Source: Verrucomicrobiota bacterium (GTDB taxonomy: Bacteria; Verrucomicrobiota; Kiritimatiellia; CAJWTS01). From it: a DNA stretch of 64,000 bases. The position numbers and the translations under genes were made by a program. The notes under the pieces are model-generated. The model was not told the origin of the DNA and ran no database searches. It was given only the letters and a program-made list of their open reading frames with translations. The DNA lies in NCBI GenBank assembly GCA_027623315.1, contig JAQBYD010000007.1, forward strand, positions 13,111 to 77,110. Direction: 5' to 3'. Positions 56,252 to 64,000 of this stretch are shown here, piece after piece; the first letter of the stretch is position 1; each line of letters starts with the position of its first letter.

Positions 56252-56929
56252 CTACTGCGCTCCGCCGCCCCCCAGCTGCCGCTCCCACCGCGACCTGAAG
56301 GCGGTCAACCGGACACCGCCCGTATCCAACGGCCGCATCTGTATGGCTCCGTGCCGGGCCGTCTCCACCACATCGAGCCCCGGGTGCACCTCCCGCCAAA
56401 GATCCATGTCAAGCGACGAGATTTCGCGCGTGCCGCTTAGGATCACGACCTCAGGATTCGTGCGCCGTACGGTATCGTCGAGCACCGATTCAAATCCTGA
56501 TTTGGAACTGTGGTCGGGAAATATCACCCCGTCGTATCCCCCTTCAGACGCTGCAATCGCATAACGAATCCGCGAGCGGTCCAGTTCGGTCACAATCATC
56601 CATCGCGTTCCATTGACGATCATCTCCATCACCACCGCACGCGCACGGCTGACAAAGCGCTTTGGGAGTTCTTTCGGTGCGGGAAGTGCACGCAGCGCGA
56701 AGCCATCCCAACCGGCAACGCGGACATCGCCCAGGGGCTTCAACGGGCTCTGCGCGCGTTCGAACTGCGCGGCCAGCCGTGCATAGGCATCCGCGTAGTT
56801 CAGAGCCCATTCCTCACCTGCCTGAGCTCTTTCAACCAGGTAGTCGTCGCCTAGTTCCGCGAGATAAAGCTTCGGGTCTGCGGCGACTACTGGAACCAGG
56901 CACTCCTCGATAGCGATTCCCTTCGCCAA
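56252..56929 (-). CDS. comEC: ComEC C-terminal metallo-beta-lactamase-domain fragment (separated from the comEC body by a frameshift)
   Basis: VIFPDHSSKSGFESVLDDTVRRTNPEVVILSGTREISS...ETARHGAIQM resembles the end of the ComEC MBL domain. Upstream of the TTG start, the same frame reads RGTHPETGHAGFAAL, the position of the HxHxDH motif. Confidence 0.6.
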   Translation of the reverse strand: MAKGIAIEECLVPVVAADPKLYLAELGDDYLVERAQAGEEWALNYADAYARLAAQFERAQSPLKPLGDVRVAGWDGFALRALPAPKELPKRFVSRARAVVMEMIVNGTRWMIVTELDRSRIRYAIAASEGGYDGVIFPDHSSKSGFESVLDDTVRRTNPEVVILSGTREISSLDMDLWREVHPGLDVVETARHGAIQMRPLDTGGVRLTAFRSRWERQLGGGGAQ

Positions 56930-59070
56930 GGCCGCAAAACCGGCGTGTCCCGTCTCGGGGTGTGTACCCCGCTTACGACTGCACTGCGAATGCTCGACAC
57001 CCCCTGGCCGCGGATCACGTCGAAAAGCGTACGCGATGCGCTGTATTCATCTCCCGCGTTCAACACGATGGCCCGCCGCCGATCCGACACCGCCGAGACC
57101 ACCGGATAACTGCTCACGGCGCATACCGTGACTTCCCGTACGGTTTCAGGACTCTGAAGCAGGTTGAAAACCGGGAGGCAGAGCAGCGCCGCCGGCAGCC
57201 CCCACGACAAAATACGCAGCGTGCGAGGTTGCAACAGATTTCCGCAGATCCAATACATCCCTTTTTGAATGTCGCGACGATGCCGATCCGCCAGCAGGAA
57301 GCTCCCGAGGAGGAGATAATATCCTGCCATCCAAAAGTTCGTCGGGCGCGGTGTCGCGGGAAAGGGGAAGGCGTTGCCCCCCGCATGCGCGAGCCAGAAG
57401 AAGAAATCGCCCCCCAGCGTCACAGCCGCCCCGAATGGCATGGCAAGAGTGTCGCCAACCAGCGGGATCAGCCCCACCAATCCGGTCATCATACCCAGTT
57501 GCACCAGCACGCCAATCGCCGGGATCGCGAGCAGGTTCACACAGATCCCGGCCACGGGGAATCGCCCAAAGAACCACGCCGAGAGTGGCAGCATCATTCC
57601 AATCTGGATTGCGATCTGGGCCGTAAGAAACATCCTCAATCCGTCCGGCAGGCGGTCCAGGCCGACCGTCCATGCACGAGGGACGGCATGATTCAATTCG
57701 TCGCCACACTTGATCAGCAGGAACAGGGCGCCGAATACGGCGAGACAAGACCAGGCATTCACGAGGGCTCGCAGGTCTATACTCGCCAAGCCAAGCACGC
57801 CGACAAACCAGGCAATGAACAGCACCAGCGCGAACCCCCTCAGGGAACACACCCAACGGTCGATCATCGGAGCCACCAGCACCAGTGCCAGCACCGCTCC
57901 AAACGAGAGGAGAAAACTGGGCGCGAAAAGAACGTGGGGATTTCCGCCAAGAATAATGAGCGCCGCCAGCGACAGCCCAATAAACACGGCCTGGCGAAAC
58001 CGCATGTTGAAGTAGGCAAAGGCGCACACGACCACCGAGTTCATGATGACGGCGCGAACACTGGACGGCCGAGCCCCGGTCAGCAGCGCAAACGCGACGA
58101 GGAAGAGCACCAGTGCCGGTGCGAATCGGCGCGGGCTCAACCCGACAGACCGGAAGAGATAGTAGAGAAGCAGCGCGACAACACTGACGTGAAGCCCCGA
58201 CACGGCCAGCACATGCCCTACCCCCGCGCGGCGAAAACTATCAACAATCTCGTCGCCCCGATATTCAACGCCTTCTACGGACCTTCTGAGCCCAAGCGTG
58301 GCCGCGGCAACGAGTCGACTCGCCGGATCCCGAATCGTGCTCTTGTAGGTAATCAGGAATCGTCGCTTCGCCTTGAGTGAGAGTTCGGTGAGCGTATTGC
58401 CCCACCCTCGGTCGAGGATTTCGACCGTCGCTGCCGACGCCCGAAATCGCGCCACGACATCGTCCTGGCGTAGAAAAGAGGCATAGTCGAACTCCCCCGG
58501 ATTGAGTGGCGGAGGAAGCGGCCGATGTACGACACCGCACTGAATCCGGTAGCCATAGGCATCCAGGTCAGATAGGGCCTCGTACATCTCGAACCCCTGC
58601 GGGTTCTGCCTGCCTCCTCGCAATTGCACCCGTAACAACACGTGACCACCGGACACATCCCTCCACGACTCCGAATTCCCCATGCGTAGGGATTCGACTC
58701 GAAGTCGTAGATCGGTTTGGCCCGGCCCCCGGACGTCCGGCTCTCGACTGACCTGGCCGCGAAGTTCGAGCGGGGTGCCGGCGGCAACTCCGTCCAGGAC
58801 GGCGCGGACATCGAGTTCGGTACCCAACCCGTAGACACCGAACGTACGAATGTATCCGCACGGAACGCCGATCAGTAGCGCGGCCGTAATCACCAGCGCC
58901 GGGCTCACCGGTCTCCATACCCGTTCACGCTTCCAGAGCAGGACGCTCCACACGACGCCAACCACGACAGGTGCAACGAGCGCCAGGAGCGGCAGCTCCT
59001 GCTTCAGCTCAGCGGCAAGGACGATACCCGCGACGTAACCCAGCGCAAGACTTACGGAACGAGTCGTCAT
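56887..59070 (-). CDS. comEC: ComEC/Rec2 DNA internalisation channel protein (DUF4131 plus competence domain; MBL part truncated by a frameshift)
   Basis: Polytopic membrane protein with the competence-domain motif AGVGHVLAVSGLHVSVV. The C-terminal VTVCAVSS...AIVLNAGDEYSA begins an MBL-like domain. An ATGA overlap with the upstream gene is present. Confidence 0.85.
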   Translation of the reverse strand: MTTRSVSLALGYVAGIVLAAELKQELPLLALVAPVVVGVVWSVLLWKRERVWRPVSPALVITAALLIGVPCGYIRTFGVYGLGTELDVRAVLDGVAAGTPLELRGQVSREPDVRGPGQTDLRLRVESLRMGNSESWRDVSGGHVLLRVQLRGGRQNPQGFEMYEALSDLDAYGYRIQCGVVHRPLPPPLNPGEFDYASFLRQDDVVARFRASAATVEILDRGWGNTLTELSLKAKRRFLITYKSTIRDPASRLVAAATLGLRRSVEGVEYRGDEIVDSFRRAGVGHVLAVSGLHVSVVALLLYYLFRSVGLSPRRFAPALVLFLVAFALLTGARPSSVRAVIMNSVVVCAFAYFNMRFRQAVFIGLSLAALIILGGNPHVLFAPSFLLSFGAVLALVLVAPMIDRWVCSLRGFALVLFIAWFVGVLGLASIDLRALVNAWSCLAVFGALFLLIKCGDELNHAVPRAWTVGLDRLPDGLRMFLTAQIAIQIGMMLPLSAWFFGRFPVAGICVNLLAIPAIGVLVQLGMMTGLVGLIPLVGDTLAMPFGAAVTLGGDFFFWLAHAGGNAFPFPATPRPTNFWMAGYYLLLGSFLLADRHRRDIQKGMYWICGNLLQPRTLRILSWGLPAALLCLPVFNLLQSPETVREVTVCAVSSYPVVSAVSDRRRAIVLNAGDEYSASRTLFDVIRGQGVSSIRSAVVSGVHTPRRDTPVLRPWRRESLSRSAWFQ

Positions 59071-61019
59071 TTCTGACTCGCCCCGTCCCCTTCAGCCTCG
59101 CGCGGGAGCGCGTCCTCCCGCGTTCCCTTGAGATGGGAAAGAAAATCCGAGTTGCTGCGCTCAATCGCCTTCCTGCTGAAGTCGTCGTGAAAGATCACAA
59201 GCATCAGGCCGATCAAGACCGCAACCAGCGTCACCACGGCAAGCCGTGTTCCGCTCTTCCTCAGGTCGTCCTGCGCCGCGACGGAACGATTGACGGCGGC
59301 GGTGACTGCATAGCCTGACGCTTCGAGTTTCGCGCCGAGATAGCGCACGTAATGACGGAAGTTCGATCCATCTACGGATCCAAGGCGCCGCGACGGGAAA
59401 CCCGGGTTGGAATCTGGGCGACAGACTGCCGCGCCCCCGTGACCGCCGTCGCCTTCTCCTCCGATGCGGGGCATTAGGTCGCCGAGATTCAGCGCCGTGT
59501 CCGCCTGGTTAAGACGTCGGGCAACCATCAGTCGGCACCCGTAGGAATAGAACGCATAGTCCACGTCCGGAAAGACTCGGGCATAATACTCGATCGCTTT
59601 CCCGACGCTCATGCGCGGTTTGCCGGGCTTCGATGAAACCGCGAGAGAGACCAGAATCTTCAGGTCGTGGGAGCCCATCCCGGGCTCTGCCGGGACCGGG
59701 ACGGGCACATCACTACCGGCACCCATGCTGGGCCCGCCGCAGACTTCCGCATTCTGCTCGGGCCGCTTCACGGAAAGAACGTACGCATGCTCGCACAGCC
59801 CTGCCTGCTCCACCTCGAGCTCGGACTTCCACCCCTCGGTCATGGCCTTGAGCCCTGACGTCTCGATGCGGTGCATTGCATCATCTCTCTCGAACGACTC
59901 CTGCACGAGCTGTGCGAGCTCGACTTTACAGAATCCTCCCTTGATCAAGTCCGTCATCACGCGACCCAGGTCACTTCGATCGGTTACGAAATCCTCCCCG
60001 TGGGCGGTTTCACGTACGGTCCGTGTTCCCGGCGTGTCCCAGCTTCGGTTAGCCACGACGGACTCGTAGACCATGTCGGCCGCACACTTCTCGGTGCCGG
60101 CCGGCAACTCCTCTCCTTGCAAGGGGCCACTCAAGCAGAGGTGCCCCACGACACCATCCTCGACCAGCTTCTCGAGCATCTGCCTGTGATCAGGCGTATA
60201 GGGATGGTGATCCTCGAAGCGGGCGATCTTGACCCCTTGCGCCGCCAGCGCGCGAGCATCATCATCGAAATGAGGGAACGCAGCTATGGGAAGGTCAGCC
60301 ATCAGCAACTCCGCCGGACCGTACGCCCCCAACGGGTCAAGGCGCTCATGGTAGTTAATGAAGACGTAGCGGTAATCGCGGCCGTAGACGGCCGTGGCAC
60401 CGGCGTCCTTTCTCTGACCGTGGATCCACTGTGCATAGAGTGCGGCACTGGTCACGGTGTCCACATCACCTCCGCTCTCGGACATCTCCCGGAAACGCTC
60501 GAGCGTACCTAGTACCTCGTCGCCACGCCAACGTCCAGTTGCCACGCCGAGCAGGGAGTCCCTCGCGGCCGCTTCGCTGACGAGCTCATCCGTCCGCTTC
60601 AAAGCGTGAGACGCCGTGTCCAGGATCTGGGTGATCTCCGAGAGTTCGCGGGTGCTCTCCGAGAGGAGTTCCTTCCCGCGCCGAACGCGGGACTCCAATG
60701 CCCACGGAATCCCCAGGTGGGCGAAGCCCCGCTGCAGCACCTCCTCTGAGATCGCATATTGATCACCAGGCTCCCTCGCGCCTGGCGTGCGCGTCCGTGT
60801 GGCTACCAGGAGACGACCCACGGCGAGTTTCTGGAGCGATTGAAGGAGCGGGCTCGGATCCGGCTCGTTCAGGATCTGGCGCGCCACTCGACCCGTTCGA
60901 TGATCGAGCAGATACGCACCGTCGCGCCACTCGGGTCTGAGATCAAGCATCCCGCCGAGGGTGGCGAGGGCGTCAGCATACGTGCCTCCGGCGCCGTGGA
61001 TGATGATCAGCTTCAGCAC
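59067..61019 (-). CDS. membrane-anchored hypothetical protein with divergent DHH/DHHA1 phosphoesterase-like motifs
   Basis: 650 aa, GTG start. Motifs: IIIHGAGGTYADALAT (motif I position, no DxD), ARFEDHHPYTPDH (DHH) and GGEGDGGHGGAAVC (GGGH of DHHA1). A single C-terminal TM segment, LAVVTLVAVLIGLMLVIF, is present. Confidence 0.6.
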   Translation of the reverse strand: MLKLIIIHGAGGTYADALATLGGMLDLRPEWRDGAYLLDHRTGRVARQILNEPDPSPLLQSLQKLAVGRLLVATRTRTPGAREPGDQYAISEEVLQRGFAHLGIPWALESRVRRGKELLSESTRELSEITQILDTASHALKRTDELVSEAAARDSLLGVATGRWRGDEVLGTLERFREMSESGGDVDTVTSAALYAQWIHGQRKDAGATAVYGRDYRYVFINYHERLDPLGAYGPAELLMADLPIAAFPHFDDDARALAAQGVKIARFEDHHPYTPDHRQMLEKLVEDGVVGHLCLSGPLQGEELPAGTEKCAADMVYESVVANRSWDTPGTRTVRETAHGEDFVTDRSDLGRVMTDLIKGGFCKVELAQLVQESFERDDAMHRIETSGLKAMTEGWKSELEVEQAGLCEHAYVLSVKRPEQNAEVCGGPSMGAGSDVPVPVPAEPGMGSHDLKILVSLAVSSKPGKPRMSVGKAIEYYARVFPDVDYAFYSYGCRLMVARRLNQADTALNLGDLMPRIGGEGDGGHGGAAVCRPDSNPGFPSRRLGSVDGSNFRHYVRYLGAKLEASGYAVTAAVNRSVAAQDDLRKSGTRLAVVTLVAVLIGLMLVIFHDDFSRKAIERSNSDFLSHLKGTREDALPREAEGDGASQK

Positions 61020-61040
61020 CCGCCGAGTCTGGACGCTATG

Positions 61041-61085
61041 CCCTCAAAAGAAAAGAGCCGGCTGGACCGAAAACCAGCCGGCTCT
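61041..61085 (-). terminator. rho-independent terminator (minus-strand sense)
   Basis: A 12-bp GC-rich stem, AGAGCCGGCTGG (61054-61065) with CCAGCCGGCTCT (61074-61085), has an 8-nt loop. On the minus strand it is followed by TTTTCTTTTG. Confidence 0.65.
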
Positions 61086-61261
61086 ATCGAGTTCGCTTTA
61101 GTGGTTCAGGCTATTCTAGTCCCAAATCCAGCGAACTCTGGCTACGGAGCGCCGTTGCCCCGTGAGTCACGTACCACGTGCCAACGTGGTCACGTGATCG
61201 TAAGTACTGAGCACAAGCTCTGTCGATTTCCGGCATAGTCGGGTGAATATCCCAGGCCCAA

Positions 61262-61379
61262 AATCGTCCTGTCGAGTAATCGTCCTGTCCCTACCTACCT
61301 ATGAAGGTGATCCGCGCACGATCTAGAGATCCCCGACGACGCAGACTCTTGGACAGGACGATTACTCGACAGGACGATT
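61262..61379. repeat. perfect 29-bp inverted repeat with internal 11-mer iterons, 60-nt spacer
   Basis: AATCGTCCTGTCGAGTAATCGTCCTGTCC (61262-61290) is the exact reverse complement of 61351-61379. Each arm holds two copies of ATCGTCCTGTC. Confidence 0.85.
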
Positions 61380-61738
61380 CTACTCCTGTACATGAACTCC
61401 TGGGATCGGTGCTTTGCGGCCTGATATGGCGATTCGAATTGCCGAGAAACGCAGCCTTCATTCTCGACGCCGTCTCGCCCTCCGGCGACGCTCAGCACTC
61501 GCATGCATCGCGGTGGCATTTCGACAGCTCCGGACTCACTTCGATCATCGACTCCGCAGACCTCAGACCACAACAAGCGCACGCCAATCGGAGCGTCTTT
61601 TGGCGGGTGCGCTTGATCTGGGTCTAGTTCGACGGTGACGCGAGATAGGTCGCAGGTGCGCCAGCGTTGTAGAAGTAGTAGGCCCTGTCCCGGACGCAAG
61701 GAGACCGGCGTGGTCGTGTCCGTATTCTGGATCTTCAC
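61295..61738 (-). CDS. orphan ORF of doubtful coding status
   Basis: 147 codons with a GTG start and no visible RBS. Its 3' end runs through the inverted repeat, and it has no recognisable motif. Listed only because it is the sole sizeable ORF in an ~0.9 kb gap. Confidence 0.2.
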   Translation of the reverse strand: MKIQNTDTTTPVSLRPGQGLLLLQRWRTCDLSRVTVELDPDQAHPPKDAPIGVRLLWSEVCGVDDRSESGAVEMPPRCMRVLSVAGGRDGVENEGCVSRQFESPYQAAKHRSQEFMYRSRIVLSSNRPVQESASSGISRSCADHLHR

Positions 61739-61814
61739 CGGCCGTCGGCCGCGGAGAGATACAGATTGTAGAACTGGCTACCGTCTCGTTTGTTCATTGA
61801 ACTCATCAAAAGCG

Positions 61815-61831
61815 CTCTCCCTCCGGGAGAG
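61815..61831 (-). terminator. possible rho-independent terminator of the oxidoreductase fusion gene
   Basis: On the minus strand, CTCTCCC-GGA-GGGAGAG is followed by CGCTTTTGATG, about 70 nt after the stop at 61903. The stem and U-tract are both short. Confidence 0.4.
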
Positions 61832-61902
61832 GGCCGGCTTGCCCTGCGTAGCTCGAAGAGCGCAGCGGGGGGTGAGGGCTCCACAAAGACCTCCGCATCC
61901 GG

Positions 61903-63897
61903 CTACGCCCGCAGATCAAGCCATTTCAACTCCTCATCGGTCAGTTCCACGGTGAGTGCTTCGATAGACGTTCCGAGCTCCAGCGCGGTGTGCGGGCAGA
62001 ACAGTGCGAAGAGCGGAAAGGGTTGGTGCAACACATAGGCCAGCGCGATGCTCGTCGGGATGACACCGCGCTTCGCAGCCAACTCGATCGCCCGGCGCTG
62101 ACGTTCGAAATTCTCCGAACTGTACCAGGACTTCCCCCACGCCCAGTCCGGCCTGTCCGGTCCCGACATGCTTGGCACGAAGAAGCCCTGCGCCTGGCTC
62201 GACCATGCGAAGAGCGGAAACTGGGTCTTCTCATGCCAGTTGCGGATCGCGTCCTGGGACGCCGAGACACAATCGGCCCACGGAGGCTCGACCATGCGTG
62301 CCAGGCTGAAGTTGTTACTGAGCGCGCTAAAGCCCTGCTTGCCGTTGGCCGAGGCGTAGACGTTGGCCGCCTCGAGTCGCTCGACCGTCCAGTTAGAACC
62401 GCCGAACAGGCGGATTCGGCCGGCATCGCGATGCTCGTTCAAGACATCGACAAATTCACTCACCGGCACCTCGGTATTGTCCCGATGCATGAAGTAGAAA
62501 TCGACATAGTCGGTCCCCATGTTCTCGAGCGTTTCCAGCAGCTGACGGGTGAGGTCATCGGGACTGCAGTGGGGAGTATGCGCGCCCTTCGCAAGGACGT
62601 GTACCTGGTCTCGAAGTCCACGATTGCGAATCCACCGCCCCAGGCTCGCGTCGGTGGTGCCGTAAATATGCGCCGTGTCAAACATGTTGCCACCACATTC
62701 GACGTACTCGTCGAAGACCGCGGACATCTGCTGGAAGCTGCCAACGGTACTGCCCATGACCAATCTCGAGATCTCCGTATCGATCCCCTCCATGCGCGCG
62801 TACTTCATCGCGTGGGTTGCGCGACGCTTGAGCGGCCGCCCGTAGATCGGCGTGGTCATGTTGTCGGGTTTCTCCATTTCGTACTGCAGCCCGATCGCCG
62901 CACGCCAGCGGTCCAGCGCCATCATGTTGCCCACCGTGTCGTCCCAACTCATCGCCGGGAAGACGCCCTGGCGGGCGGCGAGATACTCTGCAACGTGATC
63001 GGCTTCGCCGGCGTATAGATAGACATCCGTCTCGATCACGATGGTCTCGGGATCCTCACCATTGCGGTGCACGACGAGCTCACTGCTGCCTCCCTTATGG
63101 CCGGCCGTGAACCACGGCGACGGTACGACAATGTGTCCCTCTTTTCCATATATCGTCGCGGTGGAGCTGCGGTTGAGTCCGACGGCACACGACAACTGCG
63201 CCACGATATTCCCCGGAAATTTCATGACCGCGGCGGTGTAGGTATCGACGCCGGTCTCTTCGTGCAGGATACCGGCAGCATGCACGGTCAGGGGCTCTAC
63301 GATGTCGCGACCCAGCGCCACACCGGCCACCATGCGCGCGAAGGAGGTCGTGTAACAACCGATGTCGAGAATCCCGCCGCCGCCCAGCGCATGCGCCAGG
63401 TGACGCCCCTCAATATGGTTCCCGCCGTCAAAACAGAAATGGGCTTCGATGGCGGTGATCTTCCCGATCGGATTGCTTCGCAACAGGTCGACCAGTTTCG
63501 CTGTCTGCGCCGTACAGCGATACATGAAAGCTTCCATAAAGAAGACGTCGTTGCGTCGCGCGGCCTCGATGATCGTGATCGCCTCCCACGCATTAATCGA
63601 CACAGGTTTCTCACACAGGATATGCTTCCCGGCATCCGCGCACTCGATCGCCCACTGCGCGTGCATGGGATGCGGTGTCGCGATATAGACGGCCTGCACC
63701 TCCGGATCCGCCAGCAGCGCCTCGTACGATCCATGGCGATTCGGGATCGAGAATCGATCAGCGAACTCGATCGCTTTCTCCTCCGAACGGCTCCCGACCG
63801 CGCGCAGTTCGCATCGCTTGGAGTTACGTACGCCTTCGGCGAACGCGGCCGCGATCCCGCCGGCTCCGATAATTCCCCACTGCAGCTTGTCACTCAT
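61903..63897 (-). CDS. bifunctional fusion: Gfo/Idh/MocA oxidoreductase (N) plus aldo/keto reductase (C)
   Basis: N-terminal WGIIGAGGIAAAF...ILCEKP. The C-terminal ~320 aa carry NMFDTAHIYG, VDFYFMHRDN and LFGGSNW, typical of AKRs. It is a single uninterrupted 664-aa ORF. Confidence 0.85.
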   Translation of the reverse strand: MSDKLQWGIIGAGGIAAAFAEGVRNSKRCELRAVGSRSEEKAIEFADRFSIPNRHGSYEALLADPEVQAVYIATPHPMHAQWAIECADAGKHILCEKPVSINAWEAITIIEAARRNDVFFMEAFMYRCTAQTAKLVDLLRSNPIGKITAIEAHFCFDGGNHIEGRHLAHALGGGGILDIGCYTTSFARMVAGVALGRDIVEPLTVHAAGILHEETGVDTYTAAVMKFPGNIVAQLSCAVGLNRSSTATIYGKEGHIVVPSPWFTAGHKGGSSELVVHRNGEDPETIVIETDVYLYAGEADHVAEYLAARQGVFPAMSWDDTVGNMMALDRWRAAIGLQYEMEKPDNMTTPIYGRPLKRRATHAMKYARMEGIDTEISRLVMGSTVGSFQQMSAVFDEYVECGGNMFDTAHIYGTTDASLGRWIRNRGLRDQVHVLAKGAHTPHCSPDDLTRQLLETLENMGTDYVDFYFMHRDNTEVPVSEFVDVLNEHRDAGRIRLFGGSNWTVERLEAANVYASANGKQGFSALSNNFSLARMVEPPWADCVSASQDAIRNWHEKTQFPLFAWSSQAQGFFVPSMSGPDRPDWAWGKSWYSSENFERQRRAIELAAKRGVIPTSIALAYVLHQPFPLFALFCPHTALELGTSIEALTVELTDEELKWLDLRA

Positions 63898-64000
63898 AAT
63901 CGTTCCTTCCAGGTTGGCGAAAATCTCCGATACAAGACGCGTATAGTAGACGCCTCTTTACAAAAGCAAAGTCGAAATTGGATGCACCCGGATGGAGGTC

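Noticed and set aside
61593-61640. tmRNA-like 5' motif on the plus strand (GGGTGCGCTTGATCTGGGTCTAGTTCGACGG resembles GGGGCUGAUUCUGGAUUCGACGG)
   Set aside because: I could find no T-arm/ACCA 3' end, no tag reading frame ending in the usual hydrophobic residues plus stop, and no matching acceptor-stem complement within a plausible distance. The nearby terminators are also in minus-strand sense. Only a covariance-model scan could settle it.
1-64000. Search for defence or mobile-island hallmarks (cas, restriction-modification, toxin-antitoxin pairs, integrase/recombinase, phage structural genes, reverse transcriptase, TIR/STING/CBASS-type enzymes)
   Set aside because: None was recognised in any frame. 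The only mobile-element protein is the RAYT, so I do not claim a defence island in this window.

Overview
GC-rich bacterial chromosomal window, about 90% coding, made mostly of tightly packed housekeeping operons. Recognisable genes include cysS, lysS, trpS, tmk, cmk, holB, ispF, lpxA, lspA, infA, scpAB, lolDE, dinB, hrpB, aroQ, tyrA/hisC/chorismate mutase, and two miaA paralogues. At the left edge (1-7.2 kb) is a sugar-type catabolic island: xylose-isomerase-like TIM barrels alternating with PhyH-type dioxygenases, an enolase-superfamily enzyme, an orphan MsmX/MalK-like ATPase and a Gfo/Idh/MocA oxidoreductase. A 720-aa long-form GreA, the abundance of TIM-barrel/Gfo-Idh-MocA genes and the repeat families suggest a PVC-group organism (Verrucomicrobia/Planctomycetes/Kiritimatiellae-like); this is inference only. 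No CRISPR array, rRNA, tRNA, integrase, prophage or classical defence hallmark was found. I cannot point to one clear-cut novel system, but several loci deserve a second look. (1) A membrane-anchored, divergent DHH/DHHA1-like protein is translationally coupled to a comEC whose metallo-beta-lactamase part is degenerate and frameshifted. (2) This operon is preceded by a structure-dense ~0.9 kb region with no secure gene, containing a perfect 29-bp iteron-bearing inverted repeat and an intrinsic terminator 21 nt from the operon start codon. (3) A second miaA is sandwiched between two GT-A-type glycosyltransferases with overlapping ORF boundaries. (4) A zinc-independent (CxxT/CxxA) DksA carries a ~150-aa histone-H1-like K/T/A repeat tail and sits next to the long GreA. 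(5) A REP-associated tyrosine transposase (RAYT) is flanked by its palindromic repeats. (6) A second dispersed repeat family brackets a three-gene block that includes a kinase-like/nucleoside-deoxyribosyltransferase-like protein. All functional calls come from motif-level reading of the translations; no database search was possible.
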